Source: Alphaproteobacteria bacterium (GTDB taxonomy: Bacteria > Pseudomonadota > Alphaproteobacteria > Reyranellales > JAQSWP01). From it: a DNA stretch of 64,000 bases. This document shows positions 39,054-48,296 of the stretch, one piece after another. The position numbers were made by a program, and so were the translations under genes. A model generated the notes under the pieces. The model saw only the letters and a program-made list of their open reading frames with translations. It had not been told where the DNA came from and did not search any database. Each line of letters opens with the position of its first letter. Position 1 is the stretch's first letter. The stretch spans positions 14,124 to 78,123 of the forward strand of contig JBBCJW010000025.1 of the NCBI GenBank assembly GCA_037190765.1. Direction: 5' to 3'.

Positions 39054-39575
39054 ATGAGCATGGAAGAGACGGACAAGCCCGTCGATCGGACGGCAGTGGA
39101 TGAGCGGAAACATTCGATTCTGGCGCCGCGCGACCAGCGCGGCTTCGCGACGGGCGTCCTGCTGATGGCGCTGGGTATCGCGATGCTGGTCCTGGTCTGG
39201 TCCTATCCGGTCGGCACGGCGACCCGCATGGCGGCGGGATACTGGCCGCGCATCGTGGCCTATCTGTTGATCGGCGTCGGGTTTCTCAACGTCATCGTGG
39301 CCTATTTCGCGCACCGGCGCACCGAGGTGTCGCTGCCGCCGATGCGGCAGATGCTGCTGGTGCCGATCGGGATTCTGCTGTTCGGATTTACCGTCGAACG
39401 ACTGGGATTCATCATCGCCAGCGCCCTGTTGATCGGGGTAGCGGCGCTGGCAAGTCGGGAAAGCCGGCTGGTCGAGACCATCGTGCTGGCCGTCGGCTTG
39501 ATAACGTTCTGCAGCGTGCTGTTCGTGACCCTGCTCGGGCTGTCGATCAGACTCGTGCCGCCCGGAGTTTTCTGA
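39054..39575 (+). CDS. tctB: tripartite tricarboxylate transporter small membrane subunit TctB
   Basis: Protein of about 170 aa with 4 transmembrane segments, immediately upstream of and overlapping TctA (TGATG). Confidence 0.8.
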   Translation: MSMEETDKPVDRTAVDERKHSILAPRDQRGFATGVLLMALGIAMLVLVWSYPVGTATRMAAGYWPRIVAYLLIGVGFLNVIVAYFAHRRTEVSLPPMRQMLLVPIGILLFGFTVERLGFIIASALLIGVAALASRESRLVETIVLAVGLITFCSVLFVTLLGLSIRLVPPGVF

Positions 39576-41077
39576 TGGTTGACGTATTCGACAAGCTGAT
39601 GCTGGGTCTCGGCGTCGCGCTGACGCCGATGAATGCCCTGTTCGTGTTCGTCGGGGCGCTGCTTGGAACGTTGATCGGCGTGCTGCCGGGTATCGGCCCC
39701 GTCGCGACCCTGGCCATGCTCATTCCGATCACCTATTACCTCGAGCCGACCACCGCGATCATCATGCTGGCCGGCATCTATTACGGCGCCCAGTATGGCG
39801 GCTCGACCACCGCGATCCTGGTCAACATGCCGGGCGAGAGCTCCTCGGTCGTGACCTGTCTCGACGGTCACCAGATGGCGCGGCAGGGACGCGCCGGTTC
39901 CGCGCTCGCCATTGCGGCCATCGGCTCGCTGTTCGCCGGCGTCGTCGCCACCTTCCTCATCGCCTTCGCCGGCCCCACCCTTGCCGATGTCGCGCTGAGT
40001 TTCGGGCCGGCGGAATACTTCTCCCTGATGGTGTTCGGCCTGGTGGCTGCGATCATTCTGGCGCACGGTTCGATCCTGCGCGCTTTCGGCATGATGGTGC
40101 TGGGGCTGGCGCTGGGGATCGTCGGCACCGACGTCAATACCGGCGCGCAGCGGCTGGCGTTCGGGATCCCGTCGCTGGTCGATGGTATCGACTTCGTGTC
40201 GTTCGCCATCGGCCTGTTCGCGATTCCCGAGATCATGCGCAATCTGGAGAATCCCGAGGGCCGTTCGGTGCTGGCGCAGAAGATCAGCAGGTTGTGGCCG
40301 ACCCGGCAGGAGTTCCGTCAGGCGACGCCGGCGATCATGCGCGGCACCGTGGTGGGATCGATCCTCGGCGTTCTGCCCGGTGGCGGTGCGCTGCTCAGTT
40401 CGTTCGCCGCCTACATGACGGAAAAGCGCGTCGCCAAGGACCCTTCCCGGTTCGGCAAGGGGGCGATCGAAGGCGTGGCCGGGCCCGAATCGGCCAACAA
40501 TGCCGGCGCGCAAACCTCGTTCATACCGCTGCTCACCATGGGCATTCCCAGCAACGTGGTGATGGCGCTGCTGGCCGGCGCGCTCACCATCCAGGGCATT
40601 CAGCCCGGCCCCGAGATCATCACCAAGCAGCCGGCGCTGTTCTGGGGGCTGATCGCCAGCATGCTGGTCGGCAACGTGATGCTGCTGGTGATCAACCTGC
40701 CGATGATCGGCGTCTGGGTGAAGCTGCTGAAGATCCCCTATCGGCTGCTCTATCCCAGCATCCTGCTGTTCTGCTGCGTCGGCGTCTACACGGTGAACAA
40801 CAATACGTTCGACCTGGTGCAGCTCGTCGCCTTCTCCCTCCTCGGCATGATCCTGTGGCGGCTGGACTGCGAGCCGGCGCCGATGGTTCTCGCCTTCCTG
40901 CTGGGGCCGCTGATGGAGGAGAATCTGCGCCGCGCCCTGCTGCTGTCGCGCGGCGACCCCTCCACCTTCATCGACCGGCCGATCAGCCTCGGCCTGCTGC
41001 TGTGCGCCGCCGGGCTGCTTGTGCTGGTGCTGCTGCCGTTCGTGCGGCGAAAGCGGGAGGTCGCGTTTGCCGAGTAG
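39575..41077 (+). CDS. tctA: tripartite tricarboxylate transporter large permease TctA
   Basis: 500-aa polytopic protein with GVLPGIGP and GESSS motifs typical of TctA. Confidence 0.9.
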   Translation: MVDVFDKLMLGLGVALTPMNALFVFVGALLGTLIGVLPGIGPVATLAMLIPITYYLEPTTAIIMLAGIYYGAQYGGSTTAILVNMPGESSSVVTCLDGHQMARQGRAGSALAIAAIGSLFAGVVATFLIAFAGPTLADVALSFGPAEYFSLMVFGLVAAIILAHGSILRAFGMMVLGLALGIVGTDVNTGAQRLAFGIPSLVDGIDFVSFAIGLFAIPEIMRNLENPEGRSVLAQKISRLWPTRQEFRQATPAIMRGTVVGSILGVLPGGGALLSSFAAYMTEKRVAKDPSRFGKGAIEGVAGPESANNAGAQTSFIPLLTMGIPSNVVMALLAGALTIQGIQPGPEIITKQPALFWGLIASMLVGNVMLLVINLPMIGVWVKLLKIPYRLLYPSILLFCCVGVYTVNNNTFDLVQLVAFSLLGMILWRLDCEPAPMVLAFLLGPLMEENLRRALLLSRGDPSTFIDRPISLGLLLCAAGLLVLVLLPFVRRKREVAFAE

Positions 41078-41117
41078 GTGGCGCCATGTCCACATAAACC
41101 CCGCAGGGATAAAATGA

Positions 41118-41297
41118 GGCCTTGTCGGGTGGCTGAACGACGGAGCCATTGAGATGCTGAATTCGGAACAAGGCCGCAGGCGCCTGGAAACGGTCTCGGC
41201 TGACGCCGGTGTCGGCGATCCGGAGTATCCCGCCAAGCTCATGGCGGACGAACGGACCAAGGTGATCAAGGCGGTCAACATCGAACGCGAACAGTAA
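41118..41297 (+). pseudogene. 3' fragment of a Bug/TctC gene (last ~59 codons only)
   Basis: ...LNDGAIEMLNSEQGRRRLETVSADAGVGDPEYPAKLMADERTKVIKAVNIEREQ*. About 85% nt identity to the 3' end of the intact Bug gene 42348..43319 on the opposite strand, with one 9-nt indel. There is no upstream coding continuation (in-frame TGA at 41115). Confidence 0.8.
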
Positions 41298-41307
41298 GAG
41301 GCCCTGA

Positions 41308-42123
41308 ATGACGCTGGCGGTTGGTTTCATCGGTCTGGGCGAACAGGGGACGCCGATGGCCGAGCGTATCGCCGCCGGCGGATTTGCCTTGTCGGTCTGG
41401 GCCCGACGGGAGGCTGCGACCGTCGGGCTGCGGGAAAAGGGAGCGCGGGTCTGCGAAACCCCCGCGGCTCTGGCCAAAGACGTCGATCTGCTCTGCATCT
41501 GCGTCACCGGCGATGAAGACGTCCTGGAGGTCCTGTTGGCCTCAGGCGCCCTGGCCGCCATGAAAGCGGGCAGCCTGGTCGCGATCCATTCCACCATCCG
41601 GCCGCAGGTCTGCCTCGATATTGGCGCCGAGGCGGCTGCGCGCGGGATCGAGATCGTCGACGCGCCGGTTTCCGGGTCCGCGCCGCGGGCGCTGGCGGGC
41701 CGGCTGTTGTTGATGGCCGGCGGCTCGGAGGCGGCGATGGTGCGCGTGCGGCCGGTCTTTGCCACCTATGCCGATCCGATCTTCCACCTCGGCAGGCTGG
41801 GCAGCGGCATGCGGGCCAAGCTGATCAACAATTTCCTGGCCGCCGCCCATATCGGCCTCGCCAGAAGCGCCGTCGATATGGGCGTTGCGGTCGGCATCGA
41901 CGGCGAAGTCATGCGCCAGGTGCTGATGGCCGGCTCGGCCGGCAGCTATGCGCTGCAGAACATGCCGCGGCTGCAGCCGCCGCGGGGCGAGCATGTCGGG
42001 CGCCTGCTGGCGAAGGATTGCGCCCTGGCGCGCGAGCTCTTCGCCCTCGAGAACCTGACCGAACCCACGCTCGACGAGGCCGCCTGGGCCGGCGTCGCCG
42101 CCCTGCTGGAACGGCGACACTAA
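41308..42123 (+). CDS. NAD(P)-dependent oxidoreductase, HIBADH family
   Basis: VGFIGLGEQGTPMA, DAPVSGS and KLINN. Confidence 0.8.
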   Translation: MTLAVGFIGLGEQGTPMAERIAAGGFALSVWARREAATVGLREKGARVCETPAALAKDVDLLCICVTGDEDVLEVLLASGALAAMKAGSLVAIHSTIRPQVCLDIGAEAAARGIEIVDAPVSGSAPRALAGRLLLMAGGSEAAMVRVRPVFATYADPIFHLGRLGSGMRAKLINNFLAAAHIGLARSAVDMGVAVGIDGEVMRQVLMAGSAGSYALQNMPRLQPPRGEHVGRLLAKDCALARELFALENLTEPTLDEAAWAGVAALLERRH

Positions 42124-42168
42124 AAAGACATCCTGGCAAACCCGGTAGAGCCCCCGGCGGGCAGCATT

Positions 42169-42228
42169 TAGAGCGGATCACGATCAGGCGGACGCGGATC
42201 CGCTTGCGCCTGATCGTGTGTTTGCTCT
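42169..42228. repeat. REP-like palindromic intergenic element
   Basis: tagagcggatcacgatcaggcg ... cgcctgatcgtgtgtttgctct, with an inner gcggatccgc palindrome. Same architecture as 62892-62954. Confidence 0.6.
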
Positions 42229-42347
42229 GGAGGATATCCTCGTCGCCGGTGACGCGGATGCGGGCAGATCGATGCCCTTCGTCTTGGGGGCGGGCGTTTC
42301 GTAGGCCCGCGCCCCTTTTTCCAGCAGCTTGGCAGCGACGCTGCCTC
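42229..42347 (-). pseudogene. internal fragment of an HIBADH-family gene (roughly codons 35-75), frameshifted, start codon deleted
   Basis: The minus strand reads AAKLLEKGARAYETPAPKTKGIDL, then after a frameshift ARIRVTGDEDIL. Compare ATVGLREKGARVCETPAALAKDVDLLCICVTGDEDVL in 41308..42123. About 110 nt including the ATG and the GxGxxG motif are missing. Confidence 0.7.
42286..42320 (+). terminator. intrinsic-terminator-like hairpin plus T5
   Basis: GGGGGCGGGC-gtttcgtag-GCCCGCGCCCC followed by TTTTT, downstream of 41308..42123. The sequence is itself derived from the decayed HIBADH fragment, so function is uncertain. Confidence 0.35.
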
Positions 42348-43319
42348 TTACTGCTCGAGCTTGATGTTGGCCGCCTTGATGACTTTGGCCCACTTGGCCC
42401 GTTCATCGGCCATGAACTTGGCGAGGTACTCCGGATCGCCGACGCCGGCGTCAGCCGAGATCGTTTCCAGATGCCTGCGGCCTTCCTCCGAATTCAGCGC
42501 CTTGATGGCTTCGTCGTTCAGCCGCTTGACGATCTCCGGCGGCGTCTTGGCGGGAGCGACCAGCGCCAGCCAGGAAATGACGTTGTACTCGGGCAGGCCC
42601 GATTCGATCATGGTCGGCACGTCGGGGAACGCCGCACTGCGCTTCGGCCCCGTCACCGCCAGGGCGCGCAGCGCACCGGTCCTGATGTGCTGGATGACCA
42701 GCGGGATATTGCTGAACATCATGTCGACATGGCCGCCGACCAGGTCGGTGACCGCCGGCGCGCCGCCCTTGTAGGGCACGTGCACCATGTCGACGCCGGC
42801 CTGCGACTTGAACATCTCGCCCGACAGGTGATGCGACTGGCCGACGCCGGCGGAGGAGAAGGTCAGGGTTCCCGGCTTGGCCTTCGCCAGCTCGATCAGT
42901 TCCTTGACGGTGCGGACCGGCAACGAGGGGTGGACCACCAGGATGTTCTGGTAGGTGGCGACCAGCGCCACCGGCGCAAGGTCCTTCTCCGCATCGTAGG
43001 GAATCGACGAATAGAGCGACTGGTTCAGCGACAGCGGGCCGATATTGCCCATCAGCAGTGTATAGCCGTCGGCCGGCGCGGTGGCGACGTGCTGGGTGGC
43101 GATGATGCCGCCGGCGCCACCGCGATGCTCCATCACCACCGGCTGACCCCAGTTCTTCTGGTAGTTGTCGCCGATGATGCGCACGAACCCGTCGGTCATC
43201 CCGCCGGCTACCGCCGGCACCACGACCTTGATCGGCTTGCTGGGATAGTCCTGCGCCTGCGCAACGCACGCCACGAGCAGTGCCGCCATGCCGGCAGAAA
43301 TCGATCTCCACATTTTCAT
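42348..43319 (-). CDS. Bug-family (TctC-like) substrate-binding protein
   Basis: MKMWRSISAGMAALLVACVAQAQDYPSKPIKVVVPAVAGG; SD GGAGGAA. Confidence 0.9.
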   Translation of the reverse strand: MKMWRSISAGMAALLVACVAQAQDYPSKPIKVVVPAVAGGMTDGFVRIIGDNYQKNWGQPVVMEHRGGAGGIIATQHVATAPADGYTLLMGNIGPLSLNQSLYSSIPYDAEKDLAPVALVATYQNILVVHPSLPVRTVKELIELAKAKPGTLTFSSAGVGQSHHLSGEMFKSQAGVDMVHVPYKGGAPAVTDLVGGHVDMMFSNIPLVIQHIRTGALRALAVTGPKRSAAFPDVPTMIESGLPEYNVISWLALVAPAKTPPEIVKRLNDEAIKALNSEEGRRHLETISADAGVGDPEYLAKFMADERAKWAKVIKAANIKLEQ

Positions 43320-43378
43320 GATTCCTCCTGTTCTCTCCAGTCGATTTGTTGTTTGGATATGACCTTGCGATGCCGATT

Positions 43379-44305
43379 TCAGGCGTCGGCGTATTGGAAC
43401 ATTCCGGTGCGGCAGTAGTAGTGCAGGCCGCCGTCCTGGATGACGAAAGCCCGCATCGCCCGCGGCGATTGCGCGGCGGCGTGATGCGAATGGACGGCGC
43501 CGGGCGGGGTGATGAAAGCGGCGAGCGGCTCCCACGGCACCTTCTCGCCGTCGACCATGGAGTGCACGCCCTCGCTCTCGATGCCCAGCGTGATGGCGAT
43601 GGCGTTGTGGCGATGCGGCCGCTGGTCGCCGCCGGGCTCGAGCGAGTTCATGCCGACATTCATTGCCGGCAGCATGGTGCGCATATAGGCCATCGGCTCG
43701 GTATAGAAGATCACCGCCTTGCCGGCGCCCTGGTGCTGCTCGTTCTTCTCGTAGATGCTGGCCAGATACGCGTCGATGTCGGCAGCCGGGAAATGGGCCG
43801 CCAGCACCGGTGCCTTGTCTGGGGTCGGCGGATTGAGCCGCAGATAGGCCAGCGCCGGCTCGTCGGTCGCCTGATAGAGCAGGGCATCGCCATCCCCCAG
43901 CGCGCTGTGGCGGGTGGGGCCGCTGCCGGGAAAGCAGAAAACGTCGCCCTTCGACCACGAAATCCTGGTTCCGTCCGGTCCGGTGCTGCTGCCCTTGCCG
44001 CGGATGACGTAGTAGACCTCGCCCGTCGCCTGCAGCGTATGGCGAACCTGCTCGCCGGCACGGATCACCACGTAGCGGCACAGCAGCAGCGGCGTGGTGG
44101 CGGGATAGGCAGTGCCGAGAACCTGCGACAGGTCGAGATCAATCAGTCCGCTCGGTGTTGCCGCCGACACGGCCTTGTCACGCTCGGCGACGAAGACATG
44201 CGGGGGAACCGGGCCGACCTGCCGATACACCGCTGCGTTGGGCACGTCGAGAATGCCAGACGTTTCCGCTTTGGGCGCGGTCCTGGCGGTTTGCGTAGCA
44301 GTCAT
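43379..44305 (-). CDS. bicupin protein, gentisate-1,2-dioxygenase-like fold
   Basis: Two cupin modules. The His-rich motif PHRHNAIAITLGIESEG...AVHSHH is only in the C-terminal module. Start MTATQT follows GGAGG. Confidence 0.6.
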   Translation of the reverse strand: MTATQTARTAPKAETSGILDVPNAAVYRQVGPVPPHVFVAERDKAVSAATPSGLIDLDLSQVLGTAYPATTPLLLCRYVVIRAGEQVRHTLQATGEVYYVIRGKGSSTGPDGTRISWSKGDVFCFPGSGPTRHSALGDGDALLYQATDEPALAYLRLNPPTPDKAPVLAAHFPAADIDAYLASIYEKNEQHQGAGKAVIFYTEPMAYMRTMLPAMNVGMNSLEPGGDQRPHRHNAIAITLGIESEGVHSMVDGEKVPWEPLAAFITPPGAVHSHHAAAQSPRAMRAFVIQDGGLHYYCRTGMFQYADA

Positions 44306-44402
44306 GAACCAAACCTCCTTTTTCGATCCGCAATCTTCGCTGCCGTCTCCGGCCGACCCCGATCGGTCTTGGTCCGGCGGACGTCGGTGACGGACGTTTT
44401 CC

Positions 44403-45248
44403 CTATGCTGCTCTTGGCTGGCTGCCGCAGATCTGCACGCGCGTTCCCGAACGGCGGTGGGGGAAATAGTCGAAGATTGCCTTGTGCTGGACGCTGCGAT
44501 TGTCCCAGAAGAGCACCGAATTGGGACGCCAGCGAAAGCGATATTGGAATTCCGGCGTTTCCACATGGCGATATATGAACTGCAACACCGCAGCGCTCTC
44601 GCTGGCGCTGAGTTGGGTGATATGGGTCGTGTACATGGAGTTCACATACAGATATTTCCGTCCGTTCTCGGGATGGACGCAGACGACCGGATGTTCGTTC
44701 TTCGCGTACTCTCTCTCTTCGAACTTCGTGCGCACGCCATTGGGGTTGTTCCACTGCCTCTTGCGGAAATACTGGCCGCCGTCGTGCACCGCCGTCAGGG
44801 TCTCGAGAAACGATTTCATCGCCGTGGACAAAGCGTCGTACGCGGCGAACATGCTGGTGAACAGCGTGTCCCCGCCCACCGCGGGGACCTCCTGCAGCAT
44901 GAGGATGCTCCCCAGCGGCGGCTCCAGGTCGCATGACGCGTCCGTGTGCCAGATATCGCCGGCGGCGCTGTTGGAATTCTCGTCGGCGTAGATCGGTATT
45001 ACTTCGGGACGCCGCGACGCCTGGTCGGCGATCGGATGCTTGTACAGCTTGCCGAAATTCTTCGCGAACTCGATCTGGTCATCCACGGACAGGACCTGGT
45101 CGCGAAAACCGACCACGCCATTGTCGACCAGGGCGGAGCGAATCTCGCTGACCACTTCTTCGGACATCGAAGCCGCCAAGTTCACCCCAGAGATTTCGGC
45201 GCCAACCTTGGGCGATCCCTTCTCGATCTGGATATGGCGGAATTCCAT
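44403..45248 (-). CDS. TauD/TfdA-family Fe(II)/2-oxoglutarate dioxygenase
   Basis: WHTDASCDLEPPLGSILMLQEVPAVGGDTLF carries the HxD facial-triad motif; length 281 aa. Confidence 0.85.
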   Translation of the reverse strand: MEFRHIQIEKGSPKVGAEISGVNLAASMSEEVVSEIRSALVDNGVVGFRDQVLSVDDQIEFAKNFGKLYKHPIADQASRRPEVIPIYADENSNSAAGDIWHTDASCDLEPPLGSILMLQEVPAVGGDTLFTSMFAAYDALSTAMKSFLETLTAVHDGGQYFRKRQWNNPNGVRTKFEEREYAKNEHPVVCVHPENGRKYLYVNSMYTTHITQLSASESAAVLQFIYRHVETPEFQYRFRWRPNSVLFWDNRSVQHKAIFDYFPHRRSGTRVQICGSQPRAA

Positions 45249-45292
45249 CGCCCCTTCCTCCTCAGACGTTGTCGGATTTTTGTTTCATCTAG

Positions 45293-45306
45293 CGCACAAA
45301 TGTGCG
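45293..45306. promoter_or_regulatory. palindrome CGCACA-AA-TGTGCG, candidate IclR operator
   Basis: Perfect 6-bp arms in the 70-bp divergent region between the TauD-family gene and the IclR gene. Confidence 0.4.
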
Positions 45307-45318
45307 AAGAATGAAAAT

Positions 45319-46119
45319 ATGATTGATTCGAACCAGAGACGAGTCAAGGGCGAGACGCGCCCTGAGCCCGTGATTCGCGCCCTTTTGCGGGGGCTGGACA
45401 TCATCGAAGCCATGAGCGGCCAATATGAGGGGATGAGCCTGTCGCAGGTGGCGGAGGCCGTCGGACTGGATCGCGCCACGGCCAGGCGCTTTCTGCTTAC
45501 CTTGCTCAACAAGGGCTATCTGAGACAGGACGGCCGCAAGTTCTTTCTCGCGCCCAGGATTCTGAACCTGGGATATGCCTATCTGGCGTCCAGTCCGCTG
45601 CGCGAGATTGCGTTCCCCTATCTCAAACAGGTGGCGGAAACGACGCAACAGGGATGCTCGCTGGGCATTCTGGACGGCGACGAGGCGCTTTACCTGGGAA
45701 GCGTACAGAGCGCGTCGCGGATCGTGGCCCGTCAGATCGGCGCCGGGGTCAGGCTTCCTACCTATTGCACGTCCATCGGCCGCATTCTTTTGGGAAGCCT
45801 GACGGCGGAGGAACTGAAAGCCCATTCCACGCGCGTCCCGATCGTCCGGCATACGGTCCATACCAAGACGCACTGGCGGGATGTTTTCGCGGCCGTCGAA
45901 CAGGGGCGTGCCCAGGGCTGGATATTCGTCGACCAGGAGGTCGAGGACGGTCTGCGCTCGATCGCCGTCCCGATCCGCGACCGGGACTCGAAGATCATTG
46001 CCGGCATGAACGTCAGCGCGCTGGCCAGCCGTCTCGACGCGAAGGCCGATATAGCCAGATCCTTGAAGATTCTGCAGCGTGCCGCGGCGGGCATCGAACA
46101 GGCATTGCGCTTGCGCTGA
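45319..46119 (+). CDS. IclR-family transcriptional regulator (PcaR/PobR-like)
   Basis: IRALLRGLDIIEAM...LSQVAEAVGLDRATARRFLLTL, plus a C-terminal effector domain. Confidence 0.85.
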   Translation: MIDSNQRRVKGETRPEPVIRALLRGLDIIEAMSGQYEGMSLSQVAEAVGLDRATARRFLLTLLNKGYLRQDGRKFFLAPRILNLGYAYLASSPLREIAFPYLKQVAETTQQGCSLGILDGDEALYLGSVQSASRIVARQIGAGVRLPTYCTSIGRILLGSLTAEELKAHSTRVPIVRHTVHTKTHWRDVFAAVEQGRAQGWIFVDQEVEDGLRSIAVPIRDRDSKIIAGMNVSALASRLDAKADIARSLKILQRAAAGIEQALRLR

Positions 46120-46244
46120 CCGGGTCCGATCCGCCATGCCGTGGCGGCGAGTTCCCCGAACGGAATCACGGATGGCCGTGCGGCACCCTGATGGCGTGCC
46201 CGGGATGCGGTGCCGCGATCGGCGCTCCCGAAGCATCGTTCCGT

Positions 46245-47453
46245 TCACTCTTTCATTGTGGTGTCCGCCAGCGTAATCCCGGCCTCCAGGAGGGCGGCAA
46301 TCTCGTCTTTCGAATAGCCCGCCTCGCCCAGGATCTCGACGCTGTGCTCGCCCAGCCGCGGCGGCAGGCGCCGCACGCTCAACGGCGTCTGCGACCATTT
46401 GCTGGGCGGCCGGGTCATGCGCACCCGGCCTTCGCTGGGATGATCGACCCAGTGGAAAAAACCGATCGCCTTCAGATGCGGGTCTTCGGGCAGCGATTCC
46501 AGCGTATGCAGCGGCGTCGCCGGGATATCGGCCGTCTCGAACGCCTGCAGCCAGGCGGCGGTCGACCGCTGGCGCAGCTCGTCTTCGAGCATGGCGTGGA
46601 TCTCGCGCGCATGCTCGGTCCGGACGGTGATGGAGGCGAAGCGCGGATCCTGCATCATCTGCGGCTTGCCGATCAGGTCGAAGAAGCTGCGCCAGTGCCG
46701 GTCGGTGTAGATCATGGCGCAGACATAGCCGTCGCTGGTCTCGAACGGATGGCGTTCGGGCGCCAGGGAGCGCGGATAGCCGGGAGGGCCCAATGGCGGA
46801 TCGAAAGTGTGGCCGCCGGAATGGTCGGCGGCCACGAACTGCACCAGCGTTTCGAACATCGGCACTTCGATCGCCTGACCCTTGCCGGTGCGCAGCTTGT
46901 GGACCAGGCCGCCCAGGATGGCGTTGGCCACCGTGGCGCCGACATAGCGGTCGACGAACGCGATCGGCACGTAGCGCGGCACGCCGTCGCCGACGCGGGC
47001 GACCAGGCTGGGGACCGAGGAAATGCCCTGGATCAGGTCGTCGAAGGCCGGCCGCGCCGCATACGGTCCGTCCTGGCCGAAACCGAAGGCGCCGACATAG
47101 ACCAGCCCCGGATTGACGGCCTGCAGGTCCGACCACGCCAGGCCCAGCCGCTGCATGGCCTGCGGCCGCACGTTGTAGAGCAGCGCGTCGGCATCCCGCG
47201 CCAGGCGCAGCAGCGCTTCGCGCCCCTTGGGATGCTTGAGATCGAGCACGATGCTGCGCTTGTTGCGGTTGGAGTGGAAATAGAGAGGCCCCATGCCGGG
47301 CGAGCGCATCGGGCCGACGCCGCGCATGTTGTCGCCCGACGGCGGTTCGACCTTGATCACCTCCGCTCCCATGTCGCCCAGCAACTGGCCGGCGAAGGGA
47401 CCCATGAGGATCGACGACACGTCGATCACCTTGACGCCATCAAGTGCGCCCAT
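46245..47453 (-). CDS. family-III CoA-transferase (paralogue of 32953..34149)
   Basis: MGALDGVKVIDV...LLGDMGAEVIKVEPPSGD. ATG 47453 follows GGAGAG; the ORF opens two codons earlier at TTG 47459. Confidence 0.85.
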   Translation of the reverse strand: MGALDGVKVIDVSSILMGPFAGQLLGDMGAEVIKVEPPSGDNMRGVGPMRSPGMGPLYFHSNRNKRSIVLDLKHPKGREALLRLARDADALLYNVRPQAMQRLGLAWSDLQAVNPGLVYVGAFGFGQDGPYAARPAFDDLIQGISSVPSLVARVGDGVPRYVPIAFVDRYVGATVANAILGGLVHKLRTGKGQAIEVPMFETLVQFVAADHSGGHTFDPPLGPPGYPRSLAPERHPFETSDGYVCAMIYTDRHWRSFFDLIGKPQMMQDPRFASITVRTEHAREIHAMLEDELRQRSTAAWLQAFETADIPATPLHTLESLPEDPHLKAIGFFHWVDHPSEGRVRMTRPPSKWSQTPLSVRRLPPRLGEHSVEILGEAGYSKDEIAALLEAGITLADTTMKE

Positions 47454-47495
47454 TGGCAACTCTCCATTTCCTCCCGGGGTCCGCTTTGACGCGGT

Positions 47496-48296
47496 TCACC
47501 ACTTCTGCCACTTGCGGAACTGCGGCTTGCGCTTCTCCATGAACGCCTTGACGCCTTCGCGCGATTCGTCGGTGTCGTAGAACAGGCTGAGCGCCTGCAG
47601 GCCCAGGCTGCCGATGCCGCGAATGTGCTCGGTCGAGGCGTTGAACGAGCGCTTGGCGACGGCCAGCGCGGTCGGGCTCTTCTCCAGGATCTCGTTGCAC
47701 CAGCGCTCGACTTCCGCGTCGAGCTCCTCGTGCGGCACCACCTTGTTGATCAGCCCCATCTGGAAAGCTTCCTGGGCGGTGTAGCGGCGGCACAGATACC
47801 AGATCTCGCGCGCCCGCTTTTCGCCGACGAGATTGGCGAGATAGGCGGTGCCCCAGCCGGGATCGACCGAACCGACCCTGGGGCCGGCCTGGCCGAAGCT
47901 GGCCTTCTCCGAGGCGATCGTCAGGTCGCACAGCGTGACGATGACGTTGCCGCCGCCGATGGCGTAGCCCTGCACGCGGGCGATGACGGGTTTGGGCGCA
48001 TCCCGGATCGAGGTATGCAGCTCCTCGATCGGCTGGCCGATCGTGCCGCGGCCGTCATACTGGCCTGTGTGTGTGCTCTGGTCGCCGCCGGTGCAGAAGG
48101 CGCGATCGCCGGCGCCGGCAAGCACGATGACGCCGATGCTTTTGTCCCAGGATGCCTTGGTGATGGCGTGGATCAGCTCTTCGACGGTCTGCCCGCGGAA
48201 GGCGTTCAGAACCTGCGGCCGGTTGATCGTGATGCGCGCCACGCCGTCGGCGGTTTCGTAGACGATGTCTTCGTACTTCATGATCGTCTTATCCAT
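47496..48296 (-). CDS. MenB/BadI-subfamily crotonase, 2-ketocyclohexanecarboxyl-CoA hydrolase (BadI)-like
   Basis: GDRAFCTGGDQS, GPRVGSVDPGWG and C-terminus DESREGVKAFMEKRKPQF. Its start overlaps the stop of the upstream SDR gene by 8 nt. Confidence 0.7.
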   Translation of the reverse strand: MDKTIMKYEDIVYETADGVARITINRPQVLNAFRGQTVEELIHAITKASWDKSIGVIVLAGAGDRAFCTGGDQSTHTGQYDGRGTIGQPIEELHTSIRDAPKPVIARVQGYAIGGGNVIVTLCDLTIASEKASFGQAGPRVGSVDPGWGTAYLANLVGEKRAREIWYLCRRYTAQEAFQMGLINKVVPHEELDAEVERWCNEILEKSPTALAVAKRSFNASTEHIRGIGSLGLQALSLFYDTDESREGVKAFMEKRKPQFRKWQKW

